Below, in pieces: positions 39,369 to 52,378 of a stretch of DNA of 64,000 bases. The notes under the pieces are model-generated. The model saw only the letters and a list, made by a program, of their open reading frames with translations, ran no database searches and was not told the origin of the DNA. The position numbers were made by a program, and so were the translations under genes. Positions within the stretch are counted from its first letter, which is position 1. Every line of letters begins with the position of its first letter. This DNA comes from Antedon mediterranea (lineage: Eukaryota; Animalia; Echinodermata): positions 2,227,812 through 2,291,811 of the forward strand of contig NC_092675.1 of assembly GCF_964355755.1 (NCBI RefSeq). The letters are read 5' to 3'.

Positions 39369-39375
39369 TCATTCT
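39369..39375 (-). CDS. ZNF608: ZNF608/609 family, terminal exon coding part (R-E-stop), followed by a long 3' UTR
   Basis: Strong acceptor cttttattctttcag, then A GAA TGA completes ...TRE*. The candidate AATAAA near 36813-36818 would give a 3' UTR of about 2.5 kb. Confidence 0.65.
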
Positions 39376-40085
39376 CTGAAAGAATAAAAGAAGACATATT
39401 GATATATTATTAAACAGAAAAACTAACAAATCATAGCATTAAAAATAACAATGACCTTTAGAAATAATACTTGTTTTTGTTATCTAGTCTTCTCAAAGCC
39501 ATGACATTATAATACTTATAACCATATCAATTACATTTATATTTTTTAGAGTTTAAAACATCAATAATATAATAATAAATATATTTATCAAGTTGCAAAA
39601 TTGCAAACAAAAATGATAACTAGTTGATGTTAGTATGTCTGATGTTATTTTAGTTTTTTCTCGGGGGAAAACACAGTAAGTTAAGTTCACATAAAACAGT
39701 ATCACTTTCATTAAAGAAAATAAACAGATTAAAAAACACACAAACATATGTATCTAGTGGTATGTATGTCCTGTAAAACAAATACAAAACCATAAAGCCA
39801 ATCCCAACTCAAATGATTAATAAGGCCTTGTATATTAGTATTTTTAATTGCATTCACGAGAACCAGCAACGTAAATTGTAAACCTTGACAAGTGGATTTT
39901 ATGGTAATTATTAAATCTTATTGATCTGTTTTTTTTAAGTACATGCAATTTTTTAGATCTAAAAATATCAATATGGAATGGGTTTATACAACATGTTAAA
40001 AAGACTACAGGAACAAAATGAACGTCTCCGGGTTCATAGGTCACTCAATTTTTATACATTCCTTTAAAAGAGACAAGAATTCTTA

Positions 40086-40201
40086 AGCTCTGTCTACACT
40101 ATCAAACTAGTTTGAAAAAAGTGTGATGTGCCCAAATATGGTAGTGATATGCTCACATTTTTTGGACACATACGGTAAAGTTTGATAGTGTAGACAGCGC
40201 T
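40086..40201. mobile_element. MITE family A copy
   Basis: Same TIRs with a perfect TTA target duplication. Confidence 0.85.
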
Positions 40202-41142
40202 TTAGAATTTATGAATCAATTTTGCAACCTAAATTGTTTCATTTTTCACAAATTATGATTATTATAATTATGTGTAGAAAATAATAATAAATACCATAAT
40301 ACGGACAGGTATATTTTGCCTCTCTCTATGACCTATGACCTGGATGTAAACATGGCTAAGAATTTCTGAATCCGTGTTCGGTCATTTAAGAAAAAACATG
40401 CATAAAATCACTGTAGTAACATATCCTAATTAGAAAGTGAACCAGAGCAATGGCGTGATTATTGACCCTGTGGTTTAGGAAGAGAACATCTATTATAATA
40501 TAGATACTAAGCAATAATACTGCATTAGAAGAAAATAACATTTATTTTATTCTCAATCCTTCCTCTTAAAATGTTTGCATTTTTACTATTAATTTGATTA
40601 ATCTAAAAAAATTACACTGATTATTGATGTTAGCAAGTGTAGTCAGAATTCTAAATCTTTTCCAATTTGTTCATAACATACTTCCTCAGTAGATATTAAT
40701 CACTTCTGAAATTAGCATGTTGTAAAAATCTATTAGGCTACACTTAACATGACTGTGGAGTTTGTATCAGACAGTATGACTCCGACAGGCTACTAATGTT
40801 CTACATAGGATAGTAATTCATTCAAATATAAGTTTGACCGCTTATGAGATCATCGATAAATTCAAGTAAAGGGGGTGGATCAATCATGATAAGGGGTAGA
40901 TATTTACTTTTTTATTAATCCATGTTCCATTCATACAATCCATGAATTTAAGTATTTGAAAGTAACTAAATAATAAAAAATTAGCAATGGCTTGTAAAAT
41001 AATAATAGATGTTAGGAGAGATCAGATTGTACAAGTAAGACCACCTCCACCAACCCCCTCCTTCCACCAACTGTTTTTATAGGTCCATGCTTGAACTACT
41101 GTATGAGAAATTCCAACAATGCACAACTAAACACTTCCTTCC

Positions 41143-41252
41143 TAACCTCCACCCCCTTTTCCCCAAACCTCCACCCCCCTTTTCCCCAAACCTACACCCC
41201 CCTTTTCCCCAAACCTACACCCCCCTTTCCCCCAATCCTCACCCCTTTTTCC
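41143..41252. repeat. C-rich tandem repeat, unit about 23-25 bp (CCCCAAACCTMCACCCCCCTTTT)
   Basis: About five units; G-tract rich on the minus strand. Confidence 0.85.
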
Positions 41253-44200
41253 AATAGCATCAGATGATGAGGATAAACTAATCAACAACACTAACATTTC
41301 TTGATGAATATTTCAGTGATACGCATCACCGCCATCACTGAAATATTCGTCAAAATATTTATTAGGTTAACATTCATTATTCAGTATTAGGAACATTCAT
41401 TTGCAATATTTCATTTAATTAAATAAATGTTATTTATTTCGTGAATTTACAAACATGATATTAAACAATGCAAATAAACAAAACAGTGACAGGATTAAAC
41501 AAAAGCAAACTCAATTGCTGTATTAAATTTTCTCCGCTGTCACGGTGAAATATTAAATAGCATTTCGAAAATGGATTGATTTTATTTTATTTCTTCACTA
41601 CAAAAAAGTTCCCTATGATTTTTAAAAAGAAAGCCTTGGCCATTCAGGTTCACAAGCCAATGGATAAACTGTTTTTAATAGAAAATAAAAAAATTCCCTG
41701 TGATAAATGAGGCGGGACTCACACATGCTTTGTTCAGAGTCAACATAATTCCCTTCATAAGGACACGGTTATTAACCGTAGGAAGGAAAGAGAGGAATCA
41801 AATTTAGCAAGGATGTCTTCTTAATAAAGAAACCTTAAAAAGATTACTCTAAATTATCTTTAAATATACAAATTCATACATAAACAGATTTATATTTTTG
41901 ATAAAACCTACTCCAAAAAAAATTGTTGCAAGCCATTATATTTTTGACTATATTATTTTATCTTCAGAATATATTTTTAAAATTAGTTAAACTAGATGGA
42001 TTTTCAGAAATTATTATAAGCTGAAGCGCAATTGCAAATAGGCAACATTAATATACAAGTACTATGAACTACGATGGATAATTAATCAATTAGGCTGATC
42101 ACAGTAATTGAAGGCTGTGCAATAGCTTTAATTTGAATCACACAATTTGAGGCCACGCAATTATAGGGCTTTAATACATTTGGTTTCAGAATATTAAACT
42201 TGTTTGTAGTAATCAATGTAAGCACACATTATAAACGCCTATGTTTAAAAATAATTAGTAATCAAAATTGGTTTCAGAATAAACTTGTTTACAACCAATA
42301 TAAGAACACATTATATAAAACTATGTTTAAAAATAATTAGATGCTGTACACAGTGGTGAGCAGCATATTGGGTTCAGAACTTAAAATGGCAAAATGGGGT
42401 GCTAAAATAACCCATTTTTTTATCTTTTGCACTGTATATTTTAAATTCAGGGGGTGAGAGATGTCGGTGGAACAGCCTTGGATTCACCTACTGTATGATA
42501 CAGATTTGTTTGTAATATATAAAACAAGAAAACAATTAAAGAATATTTTTAGGTTCTAACCTGGTAGTCTTGAAAAAAACTATTTACAGATCTTTAAAAA
42601 AGGCAATACATATTTATTTAATATATCTATTGTTGTTAACAACATTTAGTCAACAACAGGTAGTTTACATTGTTTATGGTCAAGAAACACAGAAGCCAAA
42701 GTGGCTTGTCTTTGTAGTCCCTGAGCATAAAACATAGACGGACGGACAATTACAAAAAATGACAATTTTGATAGACAGGCGGAAAAAAAAGAATATAAAA
42801 TATACATTCTTTTCTCAATATAATTAGTAACAATTTAAAAGTAAAACCTTTCATTACTGCATCTGCAGCTTCAGTTAAAATTATTCAGTAGCTATATTCA
42901 AATGCTGTCATCTGTCTTTAGTGTAACATTTCTTACAGGAAATTGATATATTAAAGTGATTAAGAACTGTAAACTAACATCTGAAAATACTGAATAATGC
43001 AAGGCAAAAGCCTACAACTCAAATTGATGACATTTTTATAATGAAGCCAAGTTGTTTCATATAGGAACTGTGGTATGTGGGTTACACGAGGCATTTAAAA
43101 TCTTAGTGTTTTCAACAATAACAATTATTTTTATGAAAAAGAGCTTTAAAAAAACGATTGTGACATATTTAATGGCACTTACTTTAAAAGAGATGTTTGA
43201 TTAAATATGCTAACGTTTTAATGTTATGTTAACTAATCAATCTTGATATACGGTAATTATGCATGTATTTCACTAATTTTAGGTTTAAAATGTTTTTATA
43301 AGGCATTCAATTTATTCAATTATATAATGTTGATGGTTTAAATTTGCAATCAAATTGAGTTGTTAATCACTTTTACTGGTAAAATTGTGATTGTTCGCAT
43401 AAAAAAGTATATTAACAGGGTTAAAAATCGGGTACTTTTTTTTCAGTTTATAATATTTAACAGTTCTATAATATCTTCTTATTTGTTTGCATGTTTCAGT
43501 TTCCTTATTTCTATTCATTATTCTATTCATACAGTTGGGTATTAAAGAAATATAATTTGTTGGTTATTGAACAGTTTTGAATAAATGTCACTTCATTTAT
43601 TCACAAATCCAGGATTTAAAAATAGGAGGGAGGGGGTGGCAGGGCCTAAAAATGGTGAATAAGGCACAGAGATCTTAATTTGACGTCCTATCTTTTGCAT
43701 TATAACTTTCGAAATAAAATCTGAATTCGCTTCTGTTACCGTGACAACTACAGTAATAACTGTACCATATAATTTCTTTTAAATTTTTATTATAAAATTG
43801 ATCCAAGCCTCGTTTTATTTTGAACGTTCACAATTGTTTGCCAATTTCAAATTCTTATAATATATATAAAAAAAAATAATAATTTGCTTAGTCAACTATA
43901 TTTTGTAAACTTCAATCAATCTCATGATTGTCAATCTCATCATTTGCCCCTAAAAGGTTCGAGGCTAAATATCATTGAGGCGGATTAACTTGTAAGGTTT
44001 TTATGACATGTAATGAGTGCCCGCTGCATGATGGAACACTGATAACTATAAAAATATACTTCCAAACAGTAGTACCGCAAATAATTTCTAGATCTAGAAA
44101 ACTCAGATATATCAGAGATCTGAGTTTTCTAGACACCCAATAATTGTACATCAATGACATGTACAGTAACACTATTGATACGTACTGTTTAACAGTCGCA

Positions 44201-44840
44201 ACGCTGATATGATGCGTAACATCAATTGTAACACTGTGCGTCACAAGACTATAGTTCTTATTAGTACAGTTAATTCATGATTCAAAATTGTAATGCCTGT
44301 TCTTTTTTATTGTTATCCATAAAAAGTGCACAATTCAGCAGAATTTTTTTTTTCCTGCTGCTAAATTTTATGAATGTTTAATTGAACAATTGAATAAACA
44401 TACCAGTGATATAGATATACTGTATATGCTAAATTTTATGGATGTTTAACTGAATTATTGAATATACCAGTGATATAGATATATGTTACAGTGCAATATT
44501 TCATGGATAAGATACAACCAATAGCCAGGATTTGTATAGGGATGGTGGGGGGGGGGAGGGGGGATTTCTTTATTACAAAAGGGACAAAAAACATCACAAG
44601 CTAGGCTAGTTAGGCTTATTTGCTATCACTTGGTGCGAGTTTTAAAAGGGCATTTAAGCAAAGTGGAGATTGATTGAACCCTTGAGTAAGTAATTAATGT
44701 TCATAATCGGCTCGGAAATAAATGAAATTTAAATCGGCATGCAACTTATAAATCAAAACCAATGTGACAACACCTTCTCCATTTCAATGCCACAAAAAGC
44801 TCAAACATGTGCGTAATTGTATTTAAAATGTGCAGCTTAC

Positions 44841-44898
44841 CTTGTGTTTGTGTACGGATTGATAGTCGTTGGTGCCTGCTGATGGTTGCCTGCGATAA
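44841..44898 (-). CDS. ZNF608: ZNF608/609 family, coding exon 5
   Basis: ttttgttatag acceptor and AG|GTAAGC donor. Phases 1 and 2 fit the neighbouring exons. Reads IIAGNHQQAPTTINPYTNT. Confidence 0.75.
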
Positions 44899-45199
44899 CT
44901 ATAACAAAATGATAAAGAGAATTAACAAAATAGAGATACATGTACTGTATATTGTACTCATATCTGCTGTGTTATAGACAAGGATACACAAAGGGTTGGG
45001 GTTCGTTGACAAATTGATATGAAGGCGAAGTTTTGAACCAATGCAGAAAAATGCACAAAAGTATTTCAGCTTTAAATGCTTAATTAGTAGTAGTTTTCAG
45101 CTAAACACACCTTGAAAACAGTAATAATAACAATAATAATAATAATAATAATAATAATGTCTTGGGTAACTTTTGTATAGATATTTTGTACTTTTTAAT

Positions 45200-46520
45200 C
45201 TTCACGTTGTTTTTAATTTTGTCATTTTGTATTTTATTGTTGGATGATTTTGTTTTGCTGGAGACCAACTTGATAGTTTGATTTAGTTCGCTTTTGGGAA
45301 TCCTGTCTCTCTCTATTGTTTGTTATTTTTTTGTTATAATTATGTGAGACGAAATAAATGAAATGAAATGAAAAAAAAAAAATTAATTAATTAATTAATC
45401 TGCACATGTGTAAGAATTATACATTCTTACACATGTATGTTAATGGGAGTGTAACTGGAAATGCAAATAATCTGCACATGTTTAAGAATCTTTCATGGAA
45501 TGGAACTGTTTACAAAGAATGCAGTAAATGTAAAAAATGAACGCCGGCATTCGGCATTGCCGTGAGCTTAGGAACAGGACAGGATCAAAAGTAAGGTGTA
45601 CGTGTTCTGCGAAAAGTCCTTATAATACCACTATTATAGGCCTAAGAAGAATTAAGTAAGGCGAGAATAAACAAAGGTTTAAAATATTCACAGTAACATC
45701 TCCTATGGGCCACGACGCTCGAAGAGGTAGGTAAAGCAAGAGAGTCTCTGATGTATATTGGGATTAGCATAGGTTCAAACATTACGGATGAACGCACTGA
45801 AAATCAATAGCATGAAATTTTAAGGTAAAGCGCCTAATCCAAATCTGTTATGTCTGTCCTTACAAGAATAACATTCTAGGAAAGCAATCCCCTTGGTAGA
45901 TTGAGTGTTGATTGCGTTGATTCAACAAAGTTCAATCTATTTAAATTGGTTGGTAATTTCTACGCCAACATTTAGAATATTGCATTCTGGAATTAGTATT
46001 ATACAAATAATTAGTCGTAACAAGTATTTGTAATTTTTGTATCTAACTTTTGAATTTCTTTAAAAAAATCCACTTGCTTAAAAACCAATTTATTATAGAA
46101 TTACAGCTTTCACCAAGCTATCTAGAAAAAATCTTAAGAAACATCTTTTTCTTCTTATTTCGGTAGGATAGTGGCGATAGACAGATGCCTTATTAACTCA
46201 AAGCTTAGCTCCTTTGAATACTCTTCTGGCAAGTTCTGATATGGGAGCTTTAAAGTGATGGAGAATAGTGTAAATGGTTATTATTATTATTATTATTATT
46301 ATTTATTCAGGCAAAAGATACATTTTACAAAATATAATACAAATCAACCAATTAAACAAACACAGTGCAAAAGAAAATATAAAATCATAGTGACTAGCTG
46401 CCAGGAAAGCACAAAAGCAGCCTAAGCCACTGTCACCAATTAGGTGTGTACCTCCAACCAGTGACTACCGTAAATAGTGACTAGCTGCCAGGAAAGCACA
46501 AAAGCAGCCTAAGCCACTGT
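45200..46520. mobile_element. Cluster of decayed non-LTR retrotransposon fragments and 3' tails
   Basis: Plus-strand tail AATAAA(TGAAA)n ends near 45372 and a minus-strand tail AATAAA(TAA)n lies at about 46280-46310. Between them is stop-riddled coding-like sequence with weak CR1/L2-like peptides (LVYSRL-like, FRRTRT). Confidence 0.4.
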
Positions 46521-47492
46521 CAGTGTCACCCATTAGGTGTGTAACCAGTGACTGGTTCCTCTGCTTCTTAATTTTTGTTTATCTTAAGATATTTTATTTT
46601 ATCATTTTTGTGTGTAAAGCGCTTAGAAACATAGTATTAGGCAATATTGTATATAAGACTATCATTATTAAATAACTGTCACCCTCGATAAAGTACTTTG
46701 ATCATAAAGTCTTTATATATATTTATATAGCAACATTTTAACATTTTATAGCTATACTGCCAATTTTATAGCCTCTAGATCTATTAATCAATTTCTATTA
46801 ATTTTTTTAGTTGCTAATATTTTGTCACAATGGGCAAATGAATTAACAAATATCATATTTTTTTTCAGAATTTTGAATATTTGGTAAAATACAGTACCGG
46901 TATGTCTACATTATTGTAATCAGTTAATTGGAATTGACCGAATATAGCTTTCTACTGACTGTATTAAAAAGAGTTAAGATAAAGTTTATCAGAAATTGTT
47001 CAAACGACTAATATAAAATATATAGCTTGGTGACAATATCCTGTTGATGTCATTACAAACTATTGACAGATAAATGCATGGCAGCCAAACTAATTATCCA
47101 ACATTTACTTTGAAGAAAAAATATGCAGAAATTGAGCAAAAACGTCTGTGAGATTACAACAGTTTAAGGATGCTCTGCAGGAGGTACTAAATCAAAGGGA
47201 ATATACAAGTTCAAACAGACCGTGAAATTAATCTGTGTTCCTTTCAAACTGTACTGCTTCAATAAATATTTTATTTATTTCAAATGATTATAAATCAAAA
47301 TTATTGGATTCTTATTCCTTAATTTGGTTATATCTAGTAATGTTTTGTAATATGTTTGTTTTAATAATTTACTCCTAAAATATTTATTATTTCAATTGGG
47401 AAGTGAACATTTCACAAATTAGTATAAATTCTTTATTTTCAATAAATCAAAATTATTGGATTATTAATCCTAAATTTGGTTATATCTAGTTA

Positions 47493-47700
47493 ATTGTCGT
47501 ATTCGATTTAGACTTTCACCGTTGAGTACAGTTTTTCCGTTGAGTACTTCTTTAACGGAGTATTTTGAGCGTTGAGATTGTTCTTAATGAAAAAGCTTTC
47601 GTTGTCAACGTTTTCTATTCGAATGACTTTCTGTTGAGCACAAATTTACAATTCGAATACAAAAAGTACTTAACGAAAGTTCCCAATCGAATACGACAAT
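47493..47700. mobile_element. MITE family B copy
   Basis: TIR ATTGTCGTATTCGATT / AATCGAATACGACAAT with internal GTTGAG(TAC) repeats. Confidence 0.7.
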
Positions 47701-47913
47701 CGTAGCATAAAACCATGAAATGATTTGTAATATATCTGTTTCAATAATTTCCTCTTAAAAATTGTTTTTTTTTTTATAATATTATATAAAATTTTTTAAT
47801 AATAGAATGATTTATCAGTTTGTATGATTGATTTGTCAAGATGAACCCTAATATCAAAATACTATAAATAAACAGGAATACAAGTTTTGGAATTTTCCGG
47901 TTTTGAAATATCA

Positions 47914-48141
47914 ATTGTCATATTCGATTGGGACCATTGAGTATTGTTTTTCCGTTGAGTACATATTTAACGGAATATTTTGAGTGTTGAGATTTCTTTT
48001 AACGAACAGGCTTGCATTTGTTAACATTTCTTTTCTATTCAAATGATTTTCTGTTGAGCACAATGATTTTACAATTTACCATTCAAGCGAATACAAAAGT
48101 ACTCATGTTGACTACAAAAGTTCCCAATTGAATATGACAAT
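47914..48141. mobile_element. MITE family B copy
   Basis: TIR ATTGTCATATTCGATTGGGA / TCCCAATTGAATATGACAAT; the interior is alignable by eye to 47493-47700. Confidence 0.7.
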
Positions 48142-48206
48142 AATCATTATTATTACCTGTGGGAAAGATGTAATACAAAGCAAAGTTTAAAAAAAAGTGT
48201 ACTTAC

Positions 48207-51200
48207 TTTGTCCATAAGGCATCATAGGATATCCAAGGTGTGTATGGTGGTGCATATGAAGGTGTTGCATTTGGGGATGAGGATGCGGTCGTGGGCTATG
48301 CCGTGATGCCTCAAAACGTGAATGCTCTTCAATACTTGCATTTTCCGGGGTTTTCCTCGGAGTAGGACTAGCAGTTTTATGAGGCGAGGTTCTGTTAGGA
48401 TCCTGACCACGTAAATGTTCTTTATTCTGCGGGTACATCAACTGACTAGCATGTTGTTTTAGTACGTCTAAAGCATTTTTGCCTTCGGGTAAAATTTCAG
48501 TTATTTTTCCTGGTGAAGTGGAAGAGTGGCTCGACATGTGTTTTGGACGTTTTGGATCATTGCTTCCTTTATCTGGTTTCCAAACCGGAGAATAACTGAA
48601 CTCTGGCGGAAGGTATTGAGCTGGGTAAGCAACCATAGATTGTCTATATTGTTCATCAACAACGCTATATGGTAACATATAAGGTGGTTGAAGATATTGA
48701 GAATATGGTCCTTCCATTTTATGAGGTTTATCTTGCTGTAAATTACTTCGTATATTTTTAGAATCCACACTACTGGTACTACTACTTGCCGATTCAGGAG
48801 TACGTACTCGTTTTACTTCTTCCCGTCCTCTCGAATTTGGACTTTGATCTGCACGTGAACTAGAATGTTTACGTTCTCCAGGTTTAGATTTAACTAGTTT
48901 TCTCCTTTCCTCGAGTTCTCTTCGCCTTGATTCCTCCCACTGTGGGTGGGCATACATGTAATAACCACCTAGGCGATCATAATGCCTTGATTGTTCTAGA
49001 GGCGATCGTATTTTCATCTGAGGTTTAAGTTCAACGCCTTCACATTGCTTATCTCGTATATCATCTGATGTCCTTTCAACTTTTATTTTTTTATCAGTTC
49101 GATTTATTTCAGTTTGAGATGCTTTTACTGGTTCTACGTTTGCATGAGTAGAACTTCGTGGTTCCTTTGAGGTCAGAGTCTTTGGTACATCTCTTTGACC
49201 CTTTTCTAATCGTTCATGAGGATGACCATATGGTGCATTTGGGATCATGTGCAAAGGAGCCCCAGCTGGATCTATATGGTTAGGATATCCAAAATAAAAT
49301 GGCGGAAATCGATGCGGAGTGTACAACTGAGGATGTTGGTACAACGGTTTTGTAGCGGTGCTTTCATCTTTACTTTTTGAATCAGAGTTTTCCTCTATAT
49401 CTATATCTCTTTCTATCCTTTGTTTGGGAATTAGCTTTGGCATCTCCGGTCTAGTAGGCACATCACTAAGTGGTGAGTGACTTCTATCACGAACAATTAC
49501 CCCTGGATAGCTGGGATAAAATGGTCGCTGTTCAGTTAAGACACCATCACGTCCATGACTGTGGGAACCCATTGGACCCAATTCCTTGAAAACAAAAGGA
49601 TCTTTAACATCGACAATTCTATCCCTTGGAACTGTATCTTCCTCATTTGCATCAGAAATATCAGAATATGCTGGACTTTGTGTTGCTCTGTTCTGATCTG
49701 GTGAAGAACTTAATGGTGGAGGAATTATAACACGAGGTGCAACATCTTCTTGTGGCCGTACAGTAGTCACTTTGACAGCTGGTAGCACACTCATAACAGG
49801 TTTTTCAGCGGGGTCTTTCTCAAACTGTTCAAGTGGTTTTGGCTGAGGACGCTGTGATATAGAAGACTGTTGCTTTGGCGGTAAACTACTAGTGCGTATA
49901 AGCTTTGGAGGCTCTGGTATAGTGGAGTTACTATTTACAACTGTAGCAGCATCAGCTGGTTGAGAAGTTTGTGTTCGTGGTAACTCTTTATTGTCATTAG
50001 ATTCAGATCCACTCGGTGAATTACTATTATAATCATCTAAGTTTATTCCAGATTGCGACAAGGCTTCCTTAAGTATATTTGCTTCCAATAGATTCTGACT
50101 TGTTCCTTTCAAATTAGAGACAACAGTTCCTGTATTAGGTCTGATTACAATTTCAGTCTTTCCTACAAGACTTTTTCTTTCTGGTTCTTTGATGGAAGGT
50201 GAGCTTATTTTCTTATCAACTTCTCTTTCCTTATCTTTTATTCTTTTCTTTGATTTTGGTTTCTTGTCCTTAAGATTTGCTAGAACAGGGTTTACAGCAT
50301 GGTCACTCATTACCGTTGGTTTTGGTTGGATGGGTTTGAGGGTAGAAGACCCCATGATTGGCTGTGATATTGTAGTAGTTGGTGGGATGGCAATCCCGGC
50401 ACCAACATTGGCTGGAGCAGTCACAACAGCCGGAAATGTGATCAGCTGTGGGGTTATCTGTGGTGCTGGAGCAATTGGCCTATTAGGCTTTGGTTTGATC
50501 AAAACCTTTTCTGGTTTTGTTTTCTTCTGTTTCTCTTGCAATTTTAATTTATCTTTCTCTATTTTCTTTTGCTTTTGTTGATCACCAGTTGTTAAAATTG
50601 GTTTAACAGGAGACACATTGTTTGTTTCAATCTTTGCTAAATCAGGTTGAGAAATGTCTTTAGTTGTGGTGTTAGATTCAACAGTTGTCTTTATAACACT
50701 TACAGATGTCTTTTCACTATGTTTGTTATCAGTTTGTTCATCTGGTTCCGTCGTTGAGTTAAAATCAAAAACTGAAAGATCCTTAGGATGTTTACTTTTG
50801 GACAATTTATCATCTGCATCATTTTGTACTAGTACTTCTGCACTATTCACAGATTCTTTTACTGTATTCTCAGGACTTTTACTAACTTTATTTATTTCAG
50901 GTATATTTTCTTTTTTGTTGTTGATTATATCATTTTCAACAACACCATCTTCTTTGGATAGACGGTTTTCAACATTGTCTGTTTCATTGCTGTCATCATT
51001 GCAGATATGATCAGCATCAAGTTCTTTTTCAGTGTTCATTTTAACTGGTGTTTCTTCACAGTTTTCAGTATCTGTGAGTTTTGTATTTACAGTTTCTAAG
51101 TCTTTGGTATCCATGTCGGTAAAGTCATTAAAATTGTCTTCAGAATCAAGTGTATCAACTGGTTCCTGGGGCTTCTTTGGTAGTTCATGATGAGCGTGTG

Positions 51201-51631
51201 CTTGGTGATAACGCAGCCCATTTATATGCTTGTATTTTTTATTACAATTGGGCTCCGGGCATTCTATAAGAACTTGAGATGTTGTATATGGCGTGGAAGT
51301 ACTTTCGTTGGATGAAACAGGAGAAGGTGTTTTAGAGTTCTTGATTTTCTTTGCAGCTTTGTCATCACAAGCATTTAGTTCACTTTCAGATGTTTTTGCC
51401 TTTCGTTTACCATTTAATGTTTTCTCTGTATTTGTTACAGGAGGTACTGGTATATTGCTTCCACGTCGTCCTTTACCGTTAGTGGAGTTGCGTAGCTTGC
51501 AGTGGATTGAGGAACGTGTTTCTGTGTAATTACTTAGATCAGTTACCGATGTTGAGTTACGATTGCGTTTCGGACGACCTTTACTTGTCTGAGCTTTCCC
51601 TTCGATGTCATTAACTGGTGATTCACAGAAC
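48207..51631 (-). CDS. ZNF608: ZNF608/609 family, large coding exon 4 with the single C2H2 finger
   Basis: Starts (R)FCESP and contains CPEPNCNKKYKHINGLRYHQAHAH, LKPIQPKPT, SPAYSDISDA and HLHMHHHTH. Length 3425 nt; donor A|GTAAGT. Confidence 0.93.
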
Positions 51632-51947
51632 CTGGAAACATGAAAAAGTCCATACAGTAACAGTAAATATAATGTGCGATTAGTTGACAGTGTCGCTATA
51701 AGGTGGCTAAGATGTTTGTTGCCCAGTTTCAGGATCCCGGGTAGATTCAAGACTGAGGAAGAATGGTTGTTGATAATAATATCAATCTTAATACATGTTA
51801 AGAATTGAACATTGGAAAGCAAATAATGTTCACAGTCAAAGTCAACTTATTTAGAAGCACCTAATGTGGAGTACTGTGGGCCAATTGTTCAGTAGAGAAT
51901 AACATACTGAGAAAATCACTAAATATAACGCCTTATTATTATTATTA

Positions 51948-52378
51948 AGCTCTGTCTACACTATTAAACTATAAAAATGATGAAAATGATGTGCCCAATA
52001 TGGTGATATGTTACTTGAACTTGTTACTTGTTTGCATAGCTATCCCCATTATTGGGGACATTTCGCCGTCATTGACATTATGTTGACATAGCACATTAAT
52101 TTTGATGAGAAGGTCATGGAACACTAATTCATTTTAAAACAACTAAAACCCTGAGACCTGTAACCCTTGGTAAGGACCCTGACGGGTACTCTCCCTCCTG
52201 GTCAAAGGGATCCCGAAACTCATCGGTGGGCAGGGGTGCTCATCTCCCTGTTCGGGACTATTCCTGATGATTACCCAACCTATTTACATTTAAAATTAAA
52301 CATTAAGACATAATGACATCATCATATGGGCACATCACATTTTTTTGTTACATAAAGTTTGATAGTGTAGACAGAGCT
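51948..52378. mobile_element. MITE family A copy carrying a nested insertion of about 300 bp
   Basis: Same TIRs and TTA duplication, but 431 bp long versus 115-160 bp for the other copies. Confidence 0.8.

Noticed and set aside
42170-44490. Short local duplications (about 90 bp near 42180-42340 and about 64 bp near 44360-44485)
   Set aside because: Ordinary two-copy slippage duplications with no further structure.
50189-51529. Plus-strand ORFs of 78-130 aa
   Set aside because: Antisense shadows of the large ZNF608/609 exon with no recognisable domains.
51632-51822. N-terminal extension of the 1211-aa ORF (MLSNVQFLTC...)
   Set aside because: Intronic read-through. The conserved protein joins at the cag acceptor (51632-51634) in phase with the upstream WAPPR exon.
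52170-52275. Canonical hammerhead ribozyme
   Set aside because: CTGATGA lies after GAAAC and the upstream CTGACGG breaks the CUGANGA core; kept only as an unclassified structured-RNA candidate.
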